A stretch of DNA of 63,933 nucleotides. Origin: Albugo candida (lineage: Eukaryota). Both the position numbers and the translations under genes were made by a program. This document shows, in pieces, positions 38,514-51,216 of this stretch (position 1 is its first letter; each line of letters starts with the position of its first letter). Location of the stretch: positions 248,068 to 312,000 of the forward strand of contig JBDOQK010000013.1 in assembly GCA_040437565.1 (NCBI GenBank), read 5' to 3'. The notes beneath the pieces are model-generated. The model was given only the letters and a program-made list of their open reading frames with translations, was not told where the DNA came from and did not search any database.

Positions 38514-41193
38514 ATGGCTGTGGTCGTGATGGCAGCGCAAGCCGATATTGTTCTCGCAAAGGACACACAGGTAAGAAGCGCGATAGGCTGTACGTTGATC
38601 TATAGAACGGTTTCTCACAACTCTTTGATAGCCCAAAGGAATCGAAAACGAAAAGTTCTTTGAGTATGAAGAAGAAGTCAGTCGTCGCCCATATGATATC
38701 CACGGATGGTTGCGATATCTTGGAGTAATTTCAGCAAATATGCAGTTCAAAGACCACTACAATTTGCGTAATCAGATATACGATCGGGCATTGAAGTTAA
38801 TGCCGCGTAGTTATAAGCTGTGGAAGATGTATTTGGATGAGTTAGGCATAAAATTGCGTGGAAAAAGAATTGATGCCAATGAGTTCGAATCGCTGATAAT
38901 GTCGTACGAGCGCTGTTTGATGCATTTGAGTAGAATGCCACGTATTTGGCTGAATTATGTCGCTTTATTGCAGCATTTGAGGCGTATCACGCAAACTCGC
39001 CATGTGCTTGACCGCGCATTGCAAGTGCTTCCAATAACGCAACATAAGCGTATTTGGGAGGTCTACTTGCAGTTTTCTTGTGATTCTGGGATTCAATTAC
39101 TTGGCGTACGCACATATCAGCGCTATTTGCAATTGGAACCGAGTAAAATCGAAGATTTTGTTGAGTATTTGGTTTCTATCAAAAACTACCGGCTAGCTAG
39201 TCTACAGCTAGTGAGAATATTGAACGAGGCTGATAAAACTCCTCCAAAAAAATCTATACATGCTTTGTGGATGCAGCTATGCGAAATCATCTCTTTATAT
39301 CCAGATCAATTGGAGAACTCAATGAACGTGGAAGAGATTTTACGGAGCGGAATGAAGCGATTCACGGACGAAGTTGGTCGACTGTGGTGCTCATTAGCAA
39401 CATATCACATCCGTTTAGGAATGTTTGAATCCGCTCGCAACATTTATGAGGAAGGCATTCAGACCGTGCTGACTGTACGCGACTTTAGTATGATTTATGA
39501 CGCGTATGTGCAGTTTCTTGAGGCGATGACAACAGCTGAGATGCGTTTGGTGGATGAGGAAGTCGAAAAGCCTGATTCGAGTGATTCGGAGCGTAGCCAA
39601 GTCGATCGACTTTTGCAAATTTACGAACAAGTTGCTGACCGCCGTCCATTACTACTAAATTCAGTACTTTTACGACAAAATCCTCACAATGTCCGAGAAT
39701 GGGAAAAACGCGTCGCATTTTATGCTGAGAAGGCTCCTTTGAAAGCTATACAAACGTATGCGGAGGCGGTCAAGACGATAACACCCCGAAAGGCGAAAGG
39801 AAAACTCCATGGTTTGTGGATCCAATTCGCCTATTTCTACGACCAACACGGCCGGTTAGAGGATGCGCGCACGATATTCAGCAAAGCAACAGAAGTAGCC
39901 TATCGGTCCGATGAAGAGCTCGCTGCGATCTACAATGCGTGGGTGGAGCTGGAGTTACGCCACGAATGTTTTGACGAAGCGCTTGAGTTAGCTCGATCCG
40001 CATGTACGATGATAGAAGATCCAAAGAATGTACTACGAAAACGGTCGACCATTACAGCACAGCATAGGCTGCATACCAATGTAAGCATATGGAAACTACG
40101 CTTGGATTTAGAGGAAAGTCTCGGAGACTACAAGTCAACTCGGGAAGCCTATGAAAAAGCATTCGAATTACGAATAATAACCGCTCAAATGATCATCAAC
40201 TATGCTGCGTATTTGGAGGAGCACAAGTATTTCGAAGACTCATTTCGTGCATTTGAACGGGGATTGGATATCTTCCCCAAGTTTCCACATGCTCGAGAAT
40301 TATGGGACACTTATCTTACTAAATTTGTGAATCGGTATAAGGAAACTAAGCTCGAACGAGCTCGAGACCTCTACGAACAGGCCGTGAAAGCGGTTCCGAT
40401 CCATGCAGCCAAAGACTTTTATTTGAAATACATTGACTTTGAAGAAAAATATGGAATCTTACGAAACGTCATGGCGCTGTTTGATCGAGCAACGGACGAA
40501 ATTGGACAGTCTTCAAGCTCCTCTGCAGGTCAAGATCAAATGGAGATGTATCAGTTGTATATCCAAAAAGCACAAAAGTATTTCGGAGTCGCAAAGGTCC
40601 GTGAAGTCTATCAACGTGGAATTGACAAGCTTCCGGATGTATCTGTTGTGCCTCTTTGTCTCAATTTTGCGACTTTGGAAATCAAACTTGGTGAAATTGA
40701 TCGAGCTCGAGCCATATATACACACGCTTCGCAATTTGCCGATCCACGAAAGCACGAGGATTCATTTTGGAAATTATGGCACGATTTTGAGGTCGCTCAC
40801 GGCTCTGAACTTACTTTCCTCGAGATGTTACGTATCAAACGAAGTGTGGTTGCACAATACGCTCATGTTAATTATCACATTGCAGATGTTGTTCCAGCAA
40901 CCTCATCAGAGGCGAATGGAAACACTTTTGTGAGTGGAAACGCTTCTTCGGCGCGGTATCCTCTTGACGCAATGAGTAGTCTGGAGACGCAATTGAATGA
41001 GGAGCACGACGTTGATTCACACACAAAGCGATGCGCAGAAAATTCAGATATTGAACAAGCACATGCTACCAAAAAAGTGAAGGTAGAAGCTGCCGTAAAT
41101 GAGGAAGAAATCGATCTGGACGATCTACAAGACAATGAGGAGAAGGATTTTGAGATTGAGAAACAAGCGATGCCAGACTTTTGCAATGATTAA
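38514..41193 (+). CDS. SYF1: Pre-mRNA splicing factor SYF1/XAB2 (HAT repeats); short first exon 38514-38570
   Basis: YEEEVSRRPYDIHGWLRYL, RRPLLLNSVLLRQNPHNVREW, DLEESLG, KLERARDLYEQ, LGEIDRARAIY, EMLRIKRSV. Confidence 0.96.
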
Positions 41194-41328
41194 CGTGAGT
41201 AGAACGGTAGCAGAGCTCATTACCTTTGATACTATTAAATGCCCCATCATAATGTGACTTTTCACTGTTACATGACGGTAACTTTCGCGCAACAATATAA
41301 AATTGCTTCAACTTGAGCATTTATATCA

Positions 41329-42483
41329 ATGGGGCGAGAAGCGTTTGAAGAATTTCAGGAAGACTTTGAAGCATTACGGGAGGATACGCTCAAGCAGTTG
41401 GACACGTACCGCTCTTCTGGCATCCCTGGTAGATCTATTGAGATATATTATGTGAAATTGCAGCTCATGTTTGTCACAGAGCAAAGGCATGGGTTAGAGA
41501 CAGCGATCGCTAGTAATATTGAAAAACTGGGGAATTATGTGAGGCAAAAAATAGTGCTGATATATTTCGGATTGAATAACGAGAACGATCAAGTTAGACT
41601 CGACTTCTTGAAAATGAAACGAAAGATGTTAGCGGAACGGACCGGCGGCAGCTGATGGAAATGGTAGGATTGCAGTCGCTATCAATGGTGGAGATGACGG
41701 ATACACATATTCTGTAGACACGAAAATGCAAGAGTCAAGTAGCTAGTCTGAAGTCTGAAATGGAAAGATTAAAACTCTTGTCGGACGCAAAAGCTTCTGA
41801 AAGTGCAAGCGCGGAATCGACGACAAACGCTGTAAGTGAGAGATTATCTACGGAGTAAAGTCGCTGAGTGTTGCTTCTTGTTTTCACGTCATTAGAAAGA
41901 TCAGATGCTACAATATCAAAATCGACTAGATAGGTGATCATAATCTTCAAAATCATCAAGCTAGAAAGCCTGACTTGCTTTGGTAGAACTGGGCGGCATC
42001 TTGATCAGACACAGCAGACTCTTGCTGAAACAGAAGCTATTGGTGAGTAGAATAAGTTTACATGTAAATCCCTTACAGAATATCACCTAAAGCTAGCAAT
42101 GTGGCCAATAACCTGCTAACGCAACGGAATCAATTACAACATGCTGAAATCGATGTGCGTAGCCGATATATACTGATCGCATCAAGTCGTGCTCAGATCT
42201 ATATCTATTATAGGTCGGGCAGGCAGATGAGGATGTGCGTGACGCTGGCCGTCATCTACGCCGATTAACAATCAAAGTGGTCACCAATAAGATCGTTCTC
42301 GGTCTCCTGATCATTATTCTGATTGCTGCTGTCATATTCCTATCGGTTTATAAATGGTATCCCGGTGCCAAAGAAGCCATACGAGGAAAGCCTTCTACCA
42401 ACACCACACGGCTTTTAGAATCTGGTTTATCTTATGATGTTACTGTTTTGAGCTCAAGACTTTTCAAAGAGAAGCATGAATAA
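41329..42483 (+). CDS. VTI1: VTI1-like Qb-SNARE, many short exons
   Basis: N-terminal FEEFQEDF Habc-like region; SNARE motif LAETEAI|ASNVANNLLTQRNQL; VVTNKIVLGLLIIILIAAVIFLSVY transmembrane anchor. Confidence 0.82.
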
Positions 42484-42486
42484 ACT

Positions 42487-43138
42487 CTACATTTGTTTTT
42501 TCGGCCTAAGGACATGACGATATTCGCGACGCAGTCGTGTGAATAAGAGCCGTTCGTTTCCATGATACTCTTTCAAAAGCTCCTCCACCTTTGACGCATA
42601 CTTGGGATCATACTTTATAAAAAATCGCTCCAACCGTGCTCTACAAAGAAATTGTCAGCAATCAATCTCTCCAAATCGAAATTTCATCACCTGTTTTGCT
42701 CAAATCTCAACAGCGTAGATTGTCTTGGAAATAAGATCAAGTGCATCGCACAGATGAAACAAGTCAAGCGGCCAATGTCCAAAAGGCAGTGCGTATTGAA
42801 ATCAAGGCTTCCCAATTGGACGCAGTGAGATTCGACGTGGCTTCTGTCTGAGTCCAATACGCTTTGCATAGCGAGAAGTAACAATAAGGCTAGTACAGTT
42901 GATTTGATTTTTTAACAGCAGGGAAGACGCAATAGCACATACCGACAATGAGCCCACTTGAAATAGGACGTAAGAGCGCTAGTAAAGTCATTAAAATGCT
43001 CATTATCTGTCTGGTTAGTTCCAGAATATGGTCATCATCACAACGCGCTCCAATGCTGTCTAATAACCGCTGAGGATGCCAGAAAATGTGCGCTAGAACA
43101 ATACAAATTGCTAATTTAAAGGCTATCCATGGCATCAT
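42487..43138 (-). CDS. Small membrane protein (3 exons) with a C-terminal short helical domain
   Basis: Hydrophobic segments in exons 1-2; last exon reads RARLERFFIKYDPKYASKVEELLKEYHGNERLLFTRLRREY..KKQM-stop (42487-42489). Confidence 0.65.
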
Positions 43139-43160
43139 TTCTAGCACAAATCTGCATTTA

Positions 43161-43216
43161 TATTGGCTATTATTGCGTACAAACCTCTATTTCGCGCATT
43201 GATTGGCTATTACTGC
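43161..43216. promoter_or_regulatory. Tandem CCAAT-box-like motifs in a 221-bp bidirectional promoter
   Basis: ATTGGCTATTATTGC (43162) and ATTGGCTATTACTGC (43202), 40 bp apart, between divergent ATGs at 43138 and 43360. Confidence 0.5.
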
Positions 43217-43359
43217 ATCTCAATCCATCAAAAACAGGAGCACCGCACTCGAGAGCCCTCGTCGGTAATGCCAATGTCATAAAAGCATTTGAGACACTTT
43301 AATCGCCACACTAATCTACATATCTGCGTTGAGTAAATTGAACACATTACATTCAGTTG

Positions 43360-46300
43360 ATGACGAGACAAGAACAAGACCTGTCTTATCCTCTTCTCAG
43401 CATTCTTCTTTCGTGTGCGACGGGACCAAAGTGGACCACCAACCTCTATTGCGTACAAACGGTGCGTTCAGAACGATTTCATTTCGCGTCAAGCAGAATT
43501 GGAAATGACAGGAACCGTCAGTTCTCGTGCATCCACTCGATCGATCGTGTCTTCATCGATTAAAAAGAGCACAGAATTGAGTCCTACTCCTACTCCGTGT
43601 CATTGGAACGGAGCACATGGATCCGATGACTGGCAAATGAATAATAGTCAACAACGTCGATCACGGGATGGGAAAATATTGCTGGGATTACACGAAAGAG
43701 CGAGGAACGATCCAGTACTTCAGCTCACGACGGTCGAGATAGAAGACATACTGCAGCAAGTCTCGGGAATTGTGGTATCAAACTCAAAATTACGACATGA
43801 AGTGAGTCAGTGAATTAGCATTTCGTGCAGCGTTTTGTAATGTTTGATGAATAGGAAATCACACCATTGCTCGTTTCTTTAGCAAAAATAGTACCTGTTC
43901 GTTCGGGATTGCTGTGCTCGGAATACATTCATCTGATACACAAATGTTACAAGAAGAAGCACCCGATTTTCTTCTCGCATGGACAATTAGTTATTGTGCT
44001 TGATTTTCTGCTCGAGTTTATCACGACCGGTGCAAGCTGGTACAGCAGTAGCGCTATCAAAGCACTAGGACTGATTCTGGAGGAAAATATCGACCGTGTG
44101 GAAGTCCAAGTAAGGCGTACTTATGTGAATTACTAGCAGCAAGTCAGCGAATTTGACGATGAAAATGACTGTGTAGGAACTCGAGCGCCTCTTTGGCGTC
44201 TTATTGAAATATATGGAGCCTTCCGAAGTCAATGTGGAGGCGAGATATGCTGCAACAAGTTGTTTCTCTCCAATTTGCACGCTAGCAAGTAAAACGCCAA
44301 CACTGAATCAAAAGGTTTCCGTCTTATTGCGAATGATTGTGGAGAATATACGACAGCAAGTTTCAAGGATGACTTTAGAAGAAACTGACGATCGAATACT
44401 CATCAAGGCATGCACTTGCAGTCTCAACTGCGTCTACCTCATCGCGACATCCGGTAATGCCAACGCAATGACAGCCCAATTCGAGACAATTGTCCCTGGA
44501 TTGATGACGTCCATCCGTCCCATCATCGGACGTGGGATTGATCTAGAAGGCGACTCGAAACTCCACGCTGGCATGAAAGATATCAAAATTATTGGCAGCT
44601 TGGCGATTATGACCGAGAATACGCACACGGAAGATCAGTACGTGCTTATTCTACTTGGTTTCCCGGCCTAATACGATTCCGTAGAGCGTTGCTTGCACAC
44701 TTGCGGGTCACGATACTGAAGCTTCTCGAAGCCATCACAGTAAAGTTTCCTCGGCTTGTAACATCAAGTATGGGACTCTACCTTCCAGAACAAAGTGGTC
44801 CGTTTATGACTCTGTACGGTAACTCCCCGTCCATTTTGACATTGCTCCTCGCCGACACCTGTGAGCGTGCTCGAGTCGGTGCAGCTCGATTCTTGGAAGT
44901 TTTGTGGGAGAATGTACCGGTCGCGGAATACCTTCGACATCCTCATAGCTGTAATATCTCGACTTATTCTTTTGCATCAATGCCGAAACGGATATCGCTG
45001 ATGCTGTATCAAGTACATGCGACGTTGGTATATTCCATGCAGCACGAGAAAGATCTCGTCACCACAACACAGATTTTGAAGGTAAAACTCATTTGGTCTT
45101 CTTGTCTCCTACTGAACGTTTCTGCTCAGACTGCAACTTCAGTGATGCAAATCTGCCCCTACTCGAGCATTTGTACCATTTTGAGAAATTGCGAGCTAGA
45201 AGCGAGTTTCACCGATGTATTTACAGCGTACATTTGTGCGGTGTATTCGATCATAGGATCGGCATACGGTATGTCTTTTTCGATCATGACGCAAAAGCTG
45301 ATGTGTTATGATAGATCACACCGTGAGACTCGCCGCTTTTTCGTGTTTGGTAGCTGTGCTGAGTATCCAGTGCTCCGATGTCATTCTCACTTGGCTTACA
45401 ACGAAATCAAAGACTACGCGAGTCATAACAATAGCCAATCTTCCAATCGTATGGGAGTCGTCTTCGTCATTTGCATCCAACAAATCGCTGGTGGAAGATA
45501 TATTGTGTATCGCTCAACGCTCCGACAATTTTGGTCGACCGATATCTCGTCTAGAGGCCATGACTTTATTACCAAAGATTGCCCGAAATTATTCGCCAGC
45601 GCTGAGGTTTGTCACGAAGCCATCAGACTTGCCAAATGCTTATTCGAATGTGCTGTAGCGATAACTGGGAGGCACTGGTGGAGTTCCTACTCACTTCATT
45701 CCAAGATGTGGATTCCAATATTCGTGTACAAGCGATCAAGATACTCGAGGCTTATATGAAGTCCGAGGTGAGCCGATCGGAAGGAATTAGCTCAGAGAAG
45801 GGAATGGGTACGGCAAGCTGTCGTGCACGAGCCAATTCTATCGGTGCGATACTTCCTCCAAGGATTGGGAATGCCAGAACACGAGCAGGATCGCTTGGAA
45901 ACCTGCCTCAAGGCGAGTATCTTGCATTTGGAAGAACGAGCTTCATGTACTCTGAGAGAATGCAAGATGAGTTCCTGGAAGACAATCGTCTGGAATTGAT
46001 ATCTGGACACTTGATGAGAGGCTTCTCAGATCCTTCCTATCATGTCCGGACTGGAGTTTGTTCATGCTTTACTTTATTGCGTCCACGAGATTGGGTTCGC
46101 CTCAAAAGAATGCTTCAAGCACAGCGGTCACTAAATGCACGTAAACCCCGGGATACTTGGAGTGTCGAGGATTGGAATGGTTTCATCCTGGTGCTCTTCC
46201 AAGCTTGCAAGGATAGTTCGCCTGTCGTACGAGCAGCAACATTTCGTTTAGTTGGGTCTATGAGCTTAGCCCCAGCGCTGAAGAGTGAGTCTTTCGCTCG

Positions 46301-47459
46301 TGAAATTGTGACTCTTGCAATGGAAGCGCTAGATGACGCAGTTTTAAACGTTCGGATCAAAGCGGCGTGGGCGCTGGGGAATGTGTGCACGACCGTCGGT
46401 CCCGAAAGTGCCGTATTGGAAAGGCCCATCATGTCACGTTGTGGTGGAAACGAACTGACGCGACGCCGTCGGCAGCCAGATTTCTCCGAGGACACGAACC
46501 AACGCCTGCTGTTTGACTTGCTCCACGCGGATCGCATGCGGACGATCATTGAAAAAATGCTGATTTGCGTCAATGACCACGACAAAGTAGCGTCAAGTGT
46601 AGCCCGAGCACTCGGTCTTGTCTGCCGTTGGATATGTTTTGAGCCATTCCGAAGCAAGCTTGATGAAAGCGTTGTACAGGAATTGGATGGATTACTTGAT
46701 AAGACAATGCTGGTTCTTTCGTCCAAAGTGAGCAATGGATCTCCAAAAGTACGATGGAATGCTTGTCACGCTATCGCTAAAATTCTTTCGTGTCCTGGGC
46801 TACCGTTGGCATTGATTCCTTGGGCTCCTGCTGTCTTCCAAGCTTTAATTCATGCGATCAGCCAACAAGACAACTTCAAAGTTCGTATCAGTGCTTGTGG
46901 AGCACTTCGAGTGTCGAGCTCACGCAGCGGAATGGGAGCCTTTTATGCACCTGCACTTGGCGCGATTGTGGATGCGTTAGAGACTGCTTCTGATCTCAAA
47001 GATGTGACTGAATTCAGATACAAAGAGCAGCTAGAAACACAATTATCATTCACACTCACACATTTACTTCATATCGCGGCACAAGACGATCATCCATTAG
47101 TGTGGGAAGTGCTTACTATAAAGTCGGCTGGATTTCTTTTCGACTGGCTATTCCATAATATGAATCGCATGCTATCGGTGGTCGAAGAACAGGAGGTGAT
47201 TCATCATAGAGACACTGGCGCAGATAATTTGGAGGATGAGCAAGGTTCAAGCGGTGCAGCTAATTTGGAGGTCCACGATGCAACTCCCATTCGAAAAGAG
47301 GAGATTTTGTCGGCAATTCGAGTTCTGCTTCAGGTCTTGCACAAATACGACCCGAATCGAGTGTTTATAGCCTCAGGATGTGTATCCATTTTGTATGATG
47401 CGAAACTTGGTCTGGAACGAGATGTCCTGTATTCCAATCCATCGATCTCGGAGCTGTGA
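43360..47459 (+). CDS. HEATR6: HEAT repeat-containing protein 6 homolog, multi-exon
   Basis: HEAT repeats; SILTLLLAD..RARVGAARFL..SFASM (DUF4042-like), LNVRIKAAWALGN, KVRWNACHA, NFKVRISACGAL. Confidence 0.85.
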
Positions 47460-47505
47460 ATCGATACGATGCTCAAGCACAGGATCAGCTGGTACGAATG
47501 CAACA

Positions 47506-48909
47506 TCACGATGTGGATTCAACCGCTTGTGCAATGACGTAGGATGGTCCTTGTAAGAAGTGTAGCTGGTGGATTTCACTGAGAGCTAATTCGTTTGTAT
47601 TGTGTTTCGTGTTCCATTGTAAGGTATTGTCGAAAAATGTTAATGTGTATGTTTCCAGCCGTATCGTACAATCATTTTCCTCGATGCTGCAGACACGACC
47701 ACACTGCCAGTCGCTTTGTACAGGCTGCCATGTTTCTGAGCAAAGTGTGAGTGTTTGATACGCCAATATGTCATTCACTTTATATGTTGTAATGCTGTGA
47801 GGCTCGAGGGAGATCGGATATTCCAGCAGAGCTGTAGCCAAAATCTCGTGATCCGTTTCTGTGCTTATAAGCTGGTTTGCTTCATCTGCAACAGAGGCAA
47901 TGACTTCATAAGGTCGTTTCCATTCACTCCATTGAGGCCGTTCTTCAAAAATGGCATCTCTGCCGACTTCAGTATCATCACTTTCGAATATGATTCTGTT
48001 TGTTGACGTTTGTTTCTCACGAGCTTCCACTTGGATGGGACTTTGGCATTCAGTCTTCTTCGTGTCTGCGGCTTCTGCGGCAGGAATCACTCGTCTTTGT
48101 TCGAGATTCTCAGCCGTCTTTGTACTCTGCTGATCGTTTTCCTGTGGTATGAGAGAGATTATTGGTACCGCAGTGGATGCGTAAGAATTCTCCAGCTCTA
48201 ATCGCCTCCGTTTTGCCTGTCGTTGCCTCCGGGAAGGCCGCTTTCTTCCTTTCTTGTTTTTGCTCAGATTTTCCTCAACTATATTCTGATCCGGCTCAAA
48301 CGTAAATCTCGATTCTGAGCGTTCCTGGACAAAAGTGTTTGGTCCTAATGATCTCTCAAATCTTTGCATCCCAGTGGCGACTACCGCTACCGCTGGCTGC
48401 TGAGATTTTTTTCTCTCCAGAATCTTTGTTCTCTTGTCTTGATTTCGCTCGACTTTGCCCTCAGGCAGTCTTTTTGCGGCTAGTACGAGCTTTTTATTTC
48501 GCTCCTTTTTTCGCTCTTTTTTCTTGGACTTCTTGTCGGTACTAGAGCTTCTGTGAGATCGTTTGGGTCGAGAGCTTTGCACAGCTGTATCGCTTGAAAC
48601 CTCGTTGTCGTAGCGCTCAAAGTCGAGACCTTCCACAGCAACTGCGTCATTCTCTCGAAGAATTCTTACATCTTCGCCCGGAAGAACATTTACGTCATCT
48701 ATTAGTAAATGTATACCGTTTGGGCAGAATGTCATCAGATCAAAGGCTTCACAGATATGGTACATCACATCTGCGATTTGTTTACATGATGTTGGTACTA
48801 AATACCAGCACTTGGAGACACCACGATCTTTATAGACTTTATGACCGAGTGCTTGCGTGAAAAACAGCTTGATACGAACATGTGCACGATTTAATATAGA
48901 ATCACACAT
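47506..48909 (-). CDS. COIL: Coilin homolog (Cajal body scaffold)
   Basis: Coilin_N-like VRIKLFF..KCWYLV..IADV..LLIDD..LPGEDVRILRENDAVAV; basic low-complexity middle; Tudor-like DILAYQTLTL..WQPVQSDWQCGRV. Confidence 0.8.
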   Translation of the reverse strand: MCDSILNRAHVRIKLFFTQALGHKVYKDRGVSKCWYLVPTSCKQIADVMYHICEAFDLMTFCPNGIHLLIDDVNVLPGEDVRILRENDAVAVEGLDFERYDNEVSSDTAVQSSRPKRSHRSSSTDKKSKKKERKKERNKKLVLAAKRLPEGKVERNQDKRTKILERKKSQQPAVAVVATGMQRFERSLGPNTFVQERSESRFTFEPDQNIVEENLSKNKKGRKRPSRRQRQAKRRRLELENSYASTAVPIISLIPQENDQQSTKTAENLEQRRVIPAAEAADTKKTECQSPIQVEAREKQTSTNRIIFESDDTEVGRDAIFEERPQWSEWKRPYEVIASVADEANQLISTETDHEILATALLEYPISLEPHSITTYKVNDILAYQTLTLCSETWQPVQSDWQCGRVCSIEENDCTIRLETYTLTFFDNTLQWNTKHNTNELALSEIHQLHFLQGPSYVIAQAVESTS

Positions 48910-49008
48910 TTGTATTGCTATCGCCGTTGAAAGCCAGCAACCAATCGATTTAGAGCGTGTATTAGTATGAATAGGCTCTACTAATGCGAATTCAGGCTGC
49001 TTCTCGAA

Positions 49009-51216
49009 TCACTCGCTATACGCTTCGATGTACTCATATCCACTTCCCTTCTTTGGTAGCAGTCGCTCACCTAATTTATCAGAGTGTTCTGAGGATGTGA
49101 AGCTTGAGATAACTCGCTCGCGATCACACAAGGCTTCTACTTCTTCAATTGGAATCCCGTCAGCGCCTTTTCCTTTAGATCGGATGATAACATCTTCCTG
49201 CAGTAGACGTTCCAACTCTTGATCGGTCAATTCTTTCCATCCATTCGCAGGTGTGCCATTTTCTGATGCATCCATTCCGCCTGCTGTAAAACGACCACGA
49301 TGAATAACAACTCGTTCTAATTTACGTTTTTCCATTGTGCGTTGTACCATTCGCGTCTCAAAATTGCTCTCTGTAATCAGCCGATAGACCACAATGTTTT
49401 TTGTCTGACCGATGCGATGGCACCTATCCTGTGCCTGGTTGTCTTGCTGTGGATTCCAGTCTGAGTCGTAAAAAATCACTGTATCAGCAGCGATCAGATT
49501 GATCCCTAAGCCACCTGCTCTAGTGGAAAGTAAGAAGCAAAAGATATCATCCTGACTGGAAGATTCACTTGCTACATCAGCTTTCTGTAGTGAGCGGTTA
49601 AAAGCGTCCACCTGACTCTGTCGAGACGCTAAATCGGTCGAGCCATCCAGTCGACAGTACTGATACGAGCGAAGCATCAGAAAATCTTCCAAAATATCAA
49701 GAACTCGAGTCATCTGAGAAAATATGAGAACTTTGTGTCCCCATCGTTTCAACAGCTGGAGCATCTGATCCAGTACGATCAACTTTCCGGAAGCTTGGAT
49801 GAGAGGATCAAAGTGAATGGCGTCAGATTGCCAGCAATTTTGCTTCGATTTCTTGCGAATCGAGCTAGGCTTATAAGGTTGCTCTGGCAAGTTTGGGTCT
49901 TCATCGAATAAGTATGGATGGTTGCAGCACTTTCGTAGCTGCATCACTCGATTGCGTAAAGTATTATTCTTCTTTCCAACCACAGACTCTCGATACTTGG
50001 GTCCATACTTTTTCTCTAGATATAAATGTAGTGTGCGATTCCAGATCTTGGTGTAATAATCCTTTTGTAGCGATGACATTGGACAATACACACAGACCTC
50101 AACCTTCAAAGGCATTTCTTCTACCACATCAACTTTAAGACGACGAAGTAAAAATGGTCGCAAAATCTCATGCAATTTACTGACAATTTCAGCTTTTTTT
50201 TCTCCGCTGAGGTTGGACGAGTTTTCTGTCTGCGTCTTTGTTTCTTCATTAGCGATTTCAAGCGTTCGGGGAGGTCCTTGAAGGGAGAACCAGCTCTCAA
50301 AGATTTCCAAATCGTCAAATACGTCTGGCAAAATGAAATTCAGGAGACTCCAAAGCTCGACCAAGTTATTTTGCAGCGGAGTACCAGTCAAAAGTAATCT
50401 ATTTTCTGATGAAAGTTTTTTCAATTCTTTTACCAGCCGACAATTCATATTCTTTAGGCGATGTCCTTCGTCGACAACGATGTACTTCCAGTAGAGTTTT
50501 AGGCGTTTAAACTCAGAATGATCCTGTAAGATGATCTCATACGATGTAATTATTACTGGAAACTCGATTGAGTTTTGATCAATATTCTTCAATTCTTTTC
50601 GGCAGATTTGTCGACGTATGTCTCTGGGGCCGTGATACACCAAACAAGGAATAGACGGAGCCCATCGGTCAAATTCATTTTTCCAATTGTACACAGTAGA
50701 AAGAGGTGCAACAACGAGGAAGGGACCTCGTACTGCTTGTTCCTTCAAGTGCGCTATAAGCCCAATAACCTGAATGGTTTTACCGAGTCCCATCTCATCC
50801 GCTAAAATGCCATTCAGCCCGTTCTCATAGAGATTACAGAGCCATTGAATGCCGTCCAGCTGATAAGGCCTTAATGTTCCTCCAGTGAGTATTCGAGACT
50901 GAGTGTGAACGCTCTGAGTCTCCTGGACGCTTATATCTGTCACTTGTTTGAGTTTCTCATCTGCATCTTTATGCGCGTTCTTTTTTGACCTCTTGCGTTT
51001 ATTCTTTGTACCATTTTCGACTTTTGTTGCATAACTATCGCTTTTGACTCGTTTATTATTGTGCGTCGTGACATTTCGCATGCTGGCAGTCAAGAACTCG
51101 GAATATAAGCCAGCTTTCACAAGTAGATTATCCAGTTTCTGCAGCCTCTCAATGGTGACATCCCCATCACTTCCCGAGTTTTCGACACATGAGGCTTGAG
51201 CTGTGCTCGAAGCCAT
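49009..51216 (-). CDS. HELLS: SNF2 chromatin remodeler, HELLS/LSH/DDM1 subfamily
   Basis: RLQKLDNLLVKAGLYSEFL N-terminal helix; LTGGTLRPYQ..NGILADEMGLGKT; DEGHRLKN; MQLRKCCNHPYLF; AQDRCHRIGQ; no bromo or HAND-SANT-SLIDE tail. Confidence 0.88.
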   Translation of the reverse strand: MASSTAQASCVENSGSDGDVTIERLQKLDNLLVKAGLYSEFLTASMRNVTTHNNKRVKSDSYATKVENGTKNKRKRSKKNAHKDADEKLKQVTDISVQETQSVHTQSRILTGGTLRPYQLDGIQWLCNLYENGLNGILADEMGLGKTIQVIGLIAHLKEQAVRGPFLVVAPLSTVYNWKNEFDRWAPSIPCLVYHGPRDIRRQICRKELKNIDQNSIEFPVIITSYEIILQDHSEFKRLKLYWKYIVVDEGHRLKNMNCRLVKELKKLSSENRLLLTGTPLQNNLVELWSLLNFILPDVFDDLEIFESWFSLQGPPRTLEIANEETKTQTENSSNLSGEKKAEIVSKLHEILRPFLLRRLKVDVVEEMPLKVEVCVYCPMSSLQKDYYTKIWNRTLHLYLEKKYGPKYRESVVGKKNNTLRNRVMQLRKCCNHPYLFDEDPNLPEQPYKPSSIRKKSKQNCWQSDAIHFDPLIQASGKLIVLDQMLQLLKRWGHKVLIFSQMTRVLDILEDFLMLRSYQYCRLDGSTDLASRQSQVDAFNRSLQKADVASESSSQDDIFCFLLSTRAGGLGINLIAADTVIFYDSDWNPQQDNQAQDRCHRIGQTKNIVVYRLITESNFETRMVQRTMEKRKLERVVIHRGRFTAGGMDASENGTPANGWKELTDQELERLLQEDVIIRSKGKGADGIPIEEVEALCDRERVISSFTSSEHSDKLGERLLPKKGSGYEYIEAYSE

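Noticed and set aside
46115-46735. 206-aa antisense ORF and many other short ORFs in the track
   Set aside because: Shadow frames of real genes, or frames bridged artificially through N runs
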